Shown here piece after piece: positions 38,567 to 46,880 of a stretch of 64,000 bases of DNA (position 1 is the first letter of the stretch; the number at the start of each line of letters is the position of its first letter). The position numbers were made by a program, and so were the translations under genes. Where the stretch lies: the NCBI GenBank assembly GCA_051013385.1, contig CP143273.1:1664001-1728000 (forward strand). The letters run 5' to 3'. Source of the DNA: Phormidium sp. Its GTDB lineage: Bacteria > Cyanobacteriota > Cyanobacteriia > Cyanobacteriales > Aerosakkonemataceae. The notes below the pieces were generated by a model. It searched no databases. It saw only the letters and a program-made list of their open reading frames with translations, and was not told where the DNA came from.

Positions 38567-38712
38567 GAAGTAGACCCCAGAAACCCGGTTTCTTCTGCGA
38601 AACCGGGTTTCTTTGTGAAGTAGACCCCAGAAACCGGGTTTCTTTGTGAAGTAGACCCCAGAAACCTAGACCCCAGAAACCCGGTTTCTTCTGCGAAACC
38701 GGGTTTCTTTGT
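38567..38712. repeat. Locally amplified GAAACCCGGTTTCTT..GAAACCGGGTTTCTT palindromic repeat cluster
   Basis: Four tagaccccagaaacc-initiated units, two full and two partial. Confidence 0.8.
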
Positions 38713-38977
38713 GCCTCACTTACCATAAATCATGGTTGAGTTAGAGAAAAAACGGAATCGATATGACTACCAACTTTGCAAAACTTGAGAAATTCGCTAA
38801 CTATCGAAGCAACATAAATTGCTAATTTGGGAATAATAAAGCTGACGAGATTTTCTGCAAAGACTATGATAGGCTTGCGTTTCTCCCTTTGGCTCTGTTT
38901 CGATAGTCGGTAATCAACCTTTTTTATTCAAATTTACTACCAACTACCAGCTACCAATTAGCAACTACTGTAATACT

Positions 38978-41900
38978 ATGAAGATCGCAAAATCCGACTT
39001 AGCAAAAATTGTAGCCCAAGCTAGCTCTTTATCAGAGCGCCTGCCAATGCAGTCGTTTACAATTAATGATGCAGATCGTGGAGAATCACAACATCATCCT
39101 CGCCTCGATCGCTGGTGTCAAGTGGTGGCGCAAGGGAACTGGGAAAAGTTTGCTAAACGGTTAAATTGGGATGATTTGAATTTAGAACAAGCAAATCAAA
39201 TTGTGCGATCGCATCCGCCTGTAGATCTTGAAGAATTGCCAACTTGGGCAGAAACTTTAGATGAAATTATCCAAGCTGCTTGGTTATTTGTTAACGATCC
39301 AGAAAAAAGGGCAGAAATTTTCGCCTGTGAATTAAAAGATCACCATGATTTTGCTTATCAAGACGAATATAATTATCCAGCAACGAATCAAATCGATAAA
39401 CTACCGCTAGATCCCGGAATCAAATTACCCTTCAAAGAAGTATTACTTCCGGCGATTTCTGTAGCGAGGCAGAAATTATTAAATTCTCTGAATTATTCAC
39501 CATCTTTGCCTTTAGAATTACTTTCTCATTCAGCTTATTTTACTTTAGAACGCAATTTACTTAATCAACTATTAAATCTGAGTGGAAAAACTTTAGAATA
39601 TGAATTTGCGCGTTCTCGTCCTTTAGGGCAAAATTTGCTGAACTTGTTACGGCAATCTACTGGCGATCGCGCACAAATAAAAGTGCAATACGATGCTTTT
39701 CTCCACAAAGTTTTGCAAGATGGAATGCTAAATTTTTTCCATAATTATCCTGTGCTAGGTCGCTTAATAGCAACAGCAATTGATTTCTGGGTAGAAGCAA
39801 CAGCCATATTTCTCCAACGCTTGCAAACCAACTTAAATGAAATTCAGCAAGTATTTAACCCAGAGAAAAATTCTTTAAGCAAACTAGGGAAAGTTATTAA
39901 AATCAAACCTGCTCTTTCCGATCCTCATAATTCAGGGGATACTGTAATAGCTCTCACCTTTGAAAGTGGATTAAAACTAGTTTATAAACCCAAAAGTTTA
40001 GGAGCAGAAGTAGCTTATACCCAGTTTTTAGAATGGTGCAATCAGCAAGGAATTCCGTTGCATTTTAAAGTGTTAAAAGTCTGCGATTACCAGACTCATG
40101 GCTGGGTGGAATATGTAGAACATTTACCCTGTGAAGATGAAGCCGCAGCCAAGCGTTTTTATCAACGTTCTGGAATGTTATTATGCCTGCTTTATGCACT
40201 GCGAGTAGTTGACTGTCACCGGGAGAATTTAATCGCCAACGGAGAACATTTGGTGTTAATTGATATGGAAACTATCATGCACCAAGAAGTGAATCCTTTA
40301 GCTCAATTGCAGGAAGAAACAGAAGCCGAAACAACAGTAAATTTCCACTTTGCCGACTCAGTTTTACGCACAGGTTTATTACCCCGTTGGGAATTTGGAA
40401 AAAACAAACGTCTGGCTTATGACACCAGCGCTTTAGGTAGTGTTGAAGCGCAAATAACCGCACCAACAGAAGAACATGGAGAACCGAAAGATTTACAATT
40501 TTCTATTCCTCCCAATATACCAATCTTAAATAATTTTCCCCTTTCTCCCAATGATTATTTATCAGACATAATCACTGGATTTGAGCAAATGTATCACTTT
40601 TTAAGGGAAAAAAGAGAAAATTTGCTCGCATCTAATACACCATTATTATTAATGAAAAATCAGAGAGTGCGGTTTATCTTTCGCGCTACAAGAATTTATT
40701 GGACAATTTTACAAAAAACTTTTGCGCCACAATTTCTGCGTAATGGGATCGATCGCAGCATCGAACTAGACATCCTCGCTCGTGCTTTTTTAGTTACTAA
40801 CCAAAAACCTGAAGCCTGGTCAATATTTCATGCCGAACTTAAAGCAATGGAGCAAATGGATATACCCTACTTCGCCGCTTCTCCAGACAGTCTAGCCTTA
40901 ACAATTGGTGTAGATAAACCCATTGAACAATACTTTAAAGAATCCAGTTATCAGGAAGTAATTTCCCAATTACAAGCTTTAAACGAAACAAACTTAGCCC
41001 AACAAACAGAAATAATTAAAGGCTCATTTTATGCCAGAGTAGTACGAAATAGTTTAAGTAATAATCCCATAACTCCCAACCTATCCACCCTAGTTCCCAC
41101 AGATTTATCGCAACTTCAACCCTTAAGTAAAAAGCAATTAATTCAAGAAGCAACTCGCATTGCCACAGAAATTGAACAACGAGCCATTTGGGGAAAAGAT
41201 GACAGTGTTAAATGGATTAGTTTTGCCTACATTCCTAACGCCGAAATATTTCAACTAATGCCTTTACCAGAAGACCTTTACAACGGTAACGGCGGGATTG
41301 CCTTATTTTTATCAGCCTTAGATTATGTCAGAGGTACACAACAATTTCATCATCTAAGTTTAGCTGCCTTTCAATCAATTCGCAAATTTCTCCAAACTGC
41401 TGATTTTGAATCTACGCGCAGATTCGTGCGCTTAGGAATTGGCGGAGGTACAGGGCTAGGTTCTATCATCTACGCCTTAGTAAAAACTAGTCACTTTCTC
41501 CAAGAACCTACACTTTTAGAAAATGCTTTAGCTATTGCTAATTTAATTACTCCCGAACTCATTACTGCTGACAAACAATTTGATATTATGGGCGGTGCAG
41601 CCGGAGCAATTTTAGGATTATTGGCATTATACGCTCAAACAAAAGAACCAAATGTTTTAGCAACAGCTATTAATTGCGGTCAACATTTACTCGCTCATCA
41701 AACAGAACCTTTCAAACAAATTTATTATCCAAATCTGCCAATTGAAAATCCCAAATTAGGCAAAGCTTGGAACATTTTAGGACAGAAACATTACACAGGT
41801 TTTTCTCATGGTGCAGCTGGCATTGCTTATGCTCTATTACGGCTTTATGCAGTAACACAAAACGAAGCCTTTTTAACCGCAGCCACTGATGCTATTACTT

Positions 41901-42391
41901 ATGAGCATAGTGTCTTTTCTCCGACAGCCGCCAATTGGCCTGATTTTCGCGCATTTACTCAACAAAATGGTCAACCTGTTTTTATGGTGAGTTGGTGTCA
42001 TGGCGCAACTGGAATAGGTTTAGCCCGCTTGGGTGGCTTCTCAGTATTACAGACAAATCAAATAGAACAGGATATAGAAATTGCTTTGCAAACAACTAAA
42101 AAATATAGTTTGCAGGATGTGGATTGTGTTTGTTGTGGGAATTTTGGTCGCATCGAACTGTTGCAGGTAGCCGCAGAAAAATTATCCCGTCCCGATTTAA
42201 AAGAAATTGCCGAACAAAGAACCGCTTGGGCAGTGAATTGGGCAGAAAAATCAGGAGGATATAAATTACCCAATTTGCCCAACTCTGTATTTAGCCCCAG
42301 CTTTTTTCAAGGAACATCGGGAATTGGCTATGAATTACTCCAGTTAGCATACCCAGAACTGTTACCTTCCGTTTTGCTGTGGGATGAATAA
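38978..42391 (+). CDS. lanM: Class II lanthipeptide synthetase (CCG-motif, ProcM-like)
   Basis: Dehydratase motifs SDPH, KLVYKP, GWVE, DCHRENLIA, IDMET, RATRIY, DIPYF. Cyclase motifs LYNG--GI, GFSHG, WCHG, CCG, FFQG--GIGY. Confidence 0.95.
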   Translation: MKIAKSDLAKIVAQASSLSERLPMQSFTINDADRGESQHHPRLDRWCQVVAQGNWEKFAKRLNWDDLNLEQANQIVRSHPPVDLEELPTWAETLDEIIQAAWLFVNDPEKRAEIFACELKDHHDFAYQDEYNYPATNQIDKLPLDPGIKLPFKEVLLPAISVARQKLLNSLNYSPSLPLELLSHSAYFTLERNLLNQLLNLSGKTLEYEFARSRPLGQNLLNLLRQSTGDRAQIKVQYDAFLHKVLQDGMLNFFHNYPVLGRLIATAIDFWVEATAIFLQRLQTNLNEIQQVFNPEKNSLSKLGKVIKIKPALSDPHNSGDTVIALTFESGLKLVYKPKSLGAEVAYTQFLEWCNQQGIPLHFKVLKVCDYQTHGWVEYVEHLPCEDEAAAKRFYQRSGMLLCLLYALRVVDCHRENLIANGEHLVLIDMETIMHQEVNPLAQLQEETEAETTVNFHFADSVLRTGLLPRWEFGKNKRLAYDTSALGSVEAQITAPTEEHGEPKDLQFSIPPNIPILNNFPLSPNDYLSDIITGFEQMYHFLREKRENLLASNTPLLLMKNQRVRFIFRATRIYWTILQKTFAPQFLRNGIDRSIELDILARAFLVTNQKPEAWSIFHAELKAMEQMDIPYFAASPDSLALTIGVDKPIEQYFKESSYQEVISQLQALNETNLAQQTEIIKGSFYARVVRNSLSNNPITPNLSTLVPTDLSQLQPLSKKQLIQEATRIATEIEQRAIWGKDDSVKWISFAYIPNAEIFQLMPLPEDLYNGNGGIALFLSALDYVRGTQQFHHLSLAAFQSIRKFLQTADFESTRRFVRLGIGGGTGLGSIIYALVKTSHFLQEPTLLENALAIANLITPELITADKQFDIMGGAAGAILGLLALYAQTKEPNVLATAINCGQHLLAHQTEPFKQIYYPNLPIENPKLGKAWNILGQKHYTGFSHGAAGIAYALLRLYAVTQNEAFLTAATDAITYEHSVFSPTAANWPDFRAFTQQNGQPVFMVSWCHGATGIGLARLGGFSVLQTNQIEQDIEIALQTTKKYSLQDVDCVCCGNFGRIELLQVAAEKLSRPDLKEIAEQRTAWAVNWAEKSGGYKLPNLPNSVFSPSFFQGTSGIGYELLQLAYPELLPSVLLWDE

Positions 42392-42770
42392 AGATTATGT
42401 AAAGTTTTGTATGAGACAGTACTCACTAGATTTTAATCACTTAATTCCAGTACAGAATTGTACCTATTTTCCATCTAATTAAATAAAAAGCCTTTACGGT
42501 GTGCTAATAATCACAACTAGTTAACAAAACTATAAAAATATTTTACCGTAAATTTACGTATATTTATTGCCAAAATTGTTGAAAACTTCAAGAAGTTTTT
42601 ACGATTATTTTATGCTTATTTAAAAATATTGAGGTTAAACTTTATTTAAGATTTAAAAACTGCTTTAGTGAGAAAAAAAATTAGATCGATCGAGCCGAAT
42701 TTAATTAATTGAACAAGAAATTCTGCTCAGTCTAGATAAGTCAAACTGCTGATTATTATAAATAAAAGTC

Positions 42771-43367
42771 ATGATGTCACATCTTCCGGTTCAATCAATT
42801 AATGTAGAACAATTACCTGCCCAAGAACACAGCTTTGTCAAAACACAACAAGCTATCTACAACCTGTGTAGAGCAATAGAAAATGATGCTGCGCTCAAAT
42901 CACAAATAGAGCAAACGAAGGATGTTGATTCTTTTCTGAAGATTGCCGTTGAAAATGGCTATGAATTCACAGTTTCAGACTTGCAGATTGCCATCAATAT
43001 GGGATTGGGAAATACTTCTGTAAGTTCTGATGAATTTGATGATTATGAACTAGATGAAGAAGAGTTAGAAGCAGTTGCAGGTGGTACCAGACGAGGCTCA
43101 ACCGTGAACAGCTATTGGCATCAAACAGGGATTCAGGTGGAAAATGACTGTTTCTACTTGTTACAGCAATCGAGTGAACAGCGACAGGTAGTAATCAAAG
43201 CACTACGGGATATGGAGAGATGGGAATGGCTGGGTAATAATTCAGTGAAGGTCACTGATACTGATGGAAATCTTGGTTCATTCTTAATCTCTAATATCAG
43301 TTATAACGGTGCTTTTACGCGAGATGTCAGTACTTTGGGTTCCTCTGTGTGGGAGACAGTTTTATAA
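42771..43367 (+). CDS. Nif11-like leader RiPP precursor with a 93-aa core
   Basis: Nif11-type leader (D-ALKSQI...LKIA-ENGYEFT--DL) ending ELDEEELEAVAGG at residue 105. Confidence 0.85.
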   Translation: MMSHLPVQSINVEQLPAQEHSFVKTQQAIYNLCRAIENDAALKSQIEQTKDVDSFLKIAVENGYEFTVSDLQIAINMGLGNTSVSSDEFDDYELDEEELEAVAGGTRRGSTVNSYWHQTGIQVENDCFYLLQQSSEQRQVVIKALRDMERWEWLGNNSVKVTDTDGNLGSFLISNISYNGAFTRDVSTLGSSVWETVL

Positions 43368-43659
43368 CTGTAGAGAACAAGCAAAATTTAATCTGAATGA
43401 TTTGAGAAAACTTGTGATATACTCTCAAATTTCAACTTTCAGAATTGTCTAAAAAATCTCTCATTTTTTTATATCGCCCGCTAAAGGTTTTAAAAGCAAT
43501 TAAGAGAATATAGCTCTTACAAGTTGACTGGTGTTGCTTATGATGGAGTGGCTTTAGGTTTGTTACAGGATACATCGAATCAAGATACCTGGTCGAATTA
43601 CTCCTCTGGTAACTTAACAAACATTATTCTTTAAAATGCTTGGTGCATAATTTTACCTA

Positions 43660-43819
43660 AATGTAGAGACGTTTCATGAAACGTCTCTACATTTTTTTCA
43701 TGAAACGTCTCTACATTTTTTTCATGAAACGTCTCTACATTTTTTTCATGAAACGTCTCTACATTTTTTTCATGAAACGTCTCTACATTTTTTTCATGAA
43801 ACGTCTCTACATTTTTTTC
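43660..43819. repeat. Palindrome plus six 24-bp tandem copies of its right arm (ATGAAACGTCTCTACATTTTTTTC)
   Basis: AATGTAGAGACGTTTCATGAAACGTCTCTACATT followed by exact repeats spanning 43676-43819. Confidence 0.9.
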
Positions 43820-43831
43820 ATGCTTAGACTT

Positions 43832-43946
43832 AGATCTTGCACCAGGACTAAAAACCGGGTTTCTTGCAAATAGCTAAACCTGAAAGCCTATATTTTTCAT
43901 AAAGAAACCCGGTTTTTCAGGTCTTGTTGAGAATGGTGCAAGATCT
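43832..43946. mobile_element. MITE-like element with 13-bp TIR AGATCTTGCACCA/TGGTGCAAGATCT
   Basis: TIRs visible; inner AAAAACCGGGTTTCTT/AAGAAACCCGGTTTTT palindrome. Confidence 0.7.
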
Positions 43947-44027
43947 CAGTAGAGCCTCAATAGCGATCGACTAGTTATAATAGTCGCGGCAAGATTTAGC
44001 TTGTGTAATATATAACTTCACAGAACT

Positions 44028-46859
44028 GTGAAAATTTTTTATTTTTTCTTCAAGGCGGTTGATCAAATGCAAACTTGTGCTGGGAAAAGATTGGGCTGGC
44101 GGTTGAGTCAGTTAGGTTTGTTAACTTTTAGTGGAATTGCTTTATCGGGTCAACTTAGTTTAGCTCAGGTTGTTCCCGATGCTACCTTGGGGAATGAAAG
44201 CTCAGTTGTTACTCCTAGTGTAATCAGAGGTCTTCCTAGCGACCAAATTAATGGGGGAGCAGTTCGCGGTAATAATTTGTTTCACAGTTTTCGCGAATTT
44301 AATGTTGGTGCAGGGCGAGGAGTTTATTTTGCTAACCCCGATGGCGTAGCTAGGATTCTGACTAGAGTTACAGGAAATAATGTTTCCCAAATCTTAGGGA
44401 CTTTGGGAGTTTTGGGCAATGCTGATTTATTTTTAATTAATCCTAATGGTATTATTTTTGGGTTGGGTGCGAGATTAGATCTTAATGGTTCATTTATTGG
44501 AAGTACGGCTAGCAAAATTAGATTTGCTGATGGTTTAGAATTTAGTGCTACTAATCCGCAATCGTCGCCATTGCTGAGTGTTAATGTTCCTGTGGGCTTA
44601 CAATATGGGACAAATCCCGGTCGAATTGTGAATCAAAGTACAGATGAAGCGGGAAATCTTGATCCAATTCGGGGATATTACCCCATACCTAGACTAAGAG
44701 TAGCACCGGGAAGAACTTTTGCATTAATAGGTGGTGATGTGCTATTTGAAGGTGGCACTATGGGAGCTTTTGAAGGAAGAATTGAGTTAGGTAGTGTTGG
44801 TGATAATAGTTTTGTGGGTTTGAGTCCGATTACTCAAGGTTGGGCTTTGAATTACGAGCAAGTACAAAACTTTGGTGATATTAATCTGACTCAAAATGCC
44901 GTTGTTGATACCACTGGGCCAAGAGGCGGCGATATTCAAGTACGAGCCAGAAACTTAACTCTCCAAGAAGGGGCAGTAATTTATTATTACCATGAAGGCT
45001 CAGAAATTGGGGGAAACATAGATATTACCACCACTGAATCAGTTGAACTCATTGGTAGACTTAATCCGTTTTTTTTCGTTCCTGAGCTTCCTACTTATAC
45101 TCAAATCACTGCTAGCACGCTGGGAACTGCAACTGGAGCTAGTGGAAATGTAACAGTTAAAACCCGCAGATTAACTATTCGAGATGGAGCTTATATAGGT
45201 AATTCGTCTACAGGTAATGGAAATGCTGGAAACTTAACAGTTTTAGCCTCAGAATTAGTTGAACTGATCGGAGTAGTACCAGAAGAAGCCTTTTCGTTTC
45301 TCGCTAGTGGCATATTTAGTCAAGCTACACCGGAAACTGACAGTGATTATGTACCTATTGGTAATGGAGGAAATATCACCATTGAAACTAGGCGACTGCT
45401 AATTCAAGATGGAGGGCTAATCAGCAGCGCCACTTATACCGCAGGTCGGGCGGGAAATGTGACGATTAAGGCTGGGGAGTCTGTAGAACTGATTGGCACC
45501 AACCCTGAGTTTGGACTGTTGGGAGGCATTGCCACAGGGGTTGAGTTTGACCCGATAACAGGAATTCGGGCTACAGGTAATGGTGGCAATTTGACGATTC
45601 AAACCAGACGACTATTACTTCAAGGTGGAGGACAAATTGCTAGTGCTACCAGAGCAGATGGAAATGCAGGTGATTTGGTAATTGATGCTTCTGAGTCTGT
45701 TGAACTAATTGGTACTGCTCGTGATGCTGATGCAGTAATAGGTAGCAGTGGTTTGTTTGTTTCCGCAGAAGAAGGTGCTACTGCTAATGTGGGGAATTTA
45801 ACGGTTAACACGAGAAGATTGCTAGTTCAAGATGGAGCGAGAATTTCTGCTGATAATTTTGGCCCCGGAACTGGGGGAGATTTAACGATTAATGCTAGAG
45901 AATTGAGCATTGAAAGTGGGGGAACAGTGAGAGCAGGTTCTTTTAGGGAAGGCTCTGGGGGAACGTTAACTGTGAATGCGGAAAATGTGCGGATCGGTGG
46001 CAGTAGAATTTTGGGTGAGCAGTTAATTAACAGTGGTTTATTTGTTAGTGGTGTTGGTTCGGGTGCGGCTGGTAGTTTGACAGTTAATGCTGGAACCGTT
46101 CAACTTGATAATAGTGGAAGATTGGCGGCTGACAGCACAGCTGGGTCTGGGAACATTAGGGTGCAAGCACGAGATTTATTAGTGTTACGTGGTAATAGCC
46201 AAATTAGTACTAATTCTACAGGTGAAGAAGCAGGGGGAAATATTAGCCTGACAACAAATAACTTAGCTGCTATAGGAAATAGCGATATTACTGCTAATGC
46301 TACTAATAGCCAGGGTGGTCGAGTAAGTATTACTGCAACTGGTATTTTTGGTCTGCAATATCAATTACAACAAACGCCCAATAGTGATATTACAGCAACG
46401 GGGGGAAGTCCTGAATTAAGCGGAGTAGTAGAAATTAATTCACCTGAAGTTGATGTGAATTCTGGGTTAGTTGTTTTACCGACCAATGTGATTAATGTAG
46501 CTGGATTAGTTGCTCAAAATGCTTGTACGCCACAACAGGTAGAAGGTAGTTCTTTTGTGGTGACAGGTCGGGGTGGTTTACCGCCTAATCCTGTTAATCC
46601 GGCAAGTAATGAAGCGGTAATGGTGGAATGGGCAAGAGTGGCAAATGTGAGTCAAAATATTAGTTCGCAAAGAGGTACAAATAGGAGGAGTAATTCTCAT
46701 GCTAGGGTGGCAAGAACCAATGAGCAAATTGTGGAAGCTCAAGGTTGGTTAGTTGGGGCTGATGGCAGAGTTGTGTTGACTGCTGGAGGAGAAACAGCTA
46801 CACCTCAAAGCCTGGGCTTGATTCATCCTAGCTGTGGTGGTTCACCAATTCAAAAATAG
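44028..46859 (+). CDS. Filamentous haemagglutinin-family (TpsA-like) exoprotein (true start may be slightly downstream)
   Basis: Signal peptide, haemagglutination-activity domain (NLFHSF-EFNV, NPNGI), G/N/T-rich beta-helix repeats (GNAGNLT...SVELIG), C-terminal SSFVVTGRGGLP and IVEAQGW. Confidence 0.92.
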   Translation: MKIFYFFFKAVDQMQTCAGKRLGWRLSQLGLLTFSGIALSGQLSLAQVVPDATLGNESSVVTPSVIRGLPSDQINGGAVRGNNLFHSFREFNVGAGRGVYFANPDGVARILTRVTGNNVSQILGTLGVLGNADLFLINPNGIIFGLGARLDLNGSFIGSTASKIRFADGLEFSATNPQSSPLLSVNVPVGLQYGTNPGRIVNQSTDEAGNLDPIRGYYPIPRLRVAPGRTFALIGGDVLFEGGTMGAFEGRIELGSVGDNSFVGLSPITQGWALNYEQVQNFGDINLTQNAVVDTTGPRGGDIQVRARNLTLQEGAVIYYYHEGSEIGGNIDITTTESVELIGRLNPFFFVPELPTYTQITASTLGTATGASGNVTVKTRRLTIRDGAYIGNSSTGNGNAGNLTVLASELVELIGVVPEEAFSFLASGIFSQATPETDSDYVPIGNGGNITIETRRLLIQDGGLISSATYTAGRAGNVTIKAGESVELIGTNPEFGLLGGIATGVEFDPITGIRATGNGGNLTIQTRRLLLQGGGQIASATRADGNAGDLVIDASESVELIGTARDADAVIGSSGLFVSAEEGATANVGNLTVNTRRLLVQDGARISADNFGPGTGGDLTINARELSIESGGTVRAGSFREGSGGTLTVNAENVRIGGSRILGEQLINSGLFVSGVGSGAAGSLTVNAGTVQLDNSGRLAADSTAGSGNIRVQARDLLVLRGNSQISTNSTGEEAGGNISLTTNNLAAIGNSDITANATNSQGGRVSITATGIFGLQYQLQQTPNSDITATGGSPELSGVVEINSPEVDVNSGLVVLPTNVINVAGLVAQNACTPQQVEGSSFVVTGRGGLPPNPVNPASNEAVMVEWARVANVSQNISSQRGTNRRSNSHARVARTNEQIVEAQGWLVGADGRVVLTAGGETATPQSLGLIHPSCGGSPIQK

Positions 46860-46880
46860 TTTGGGGTAGGGAAAGAGTTA

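Noticed and set aside
38532..38726. 64-aa ORF upstream of lanM as a precursor
   Set aside because: Derived from the GAAACCCGGTTTC repeat cluster; no leader motif.
43676..43873. ORF (MKRLYIFF)x6 as a multi-core RiPP precursor or CRISPR
   Set aside because: It is the translation of a 24-bp DNA repeat derived from a dispersed palindrome; no leader, no RBS, no spacers.
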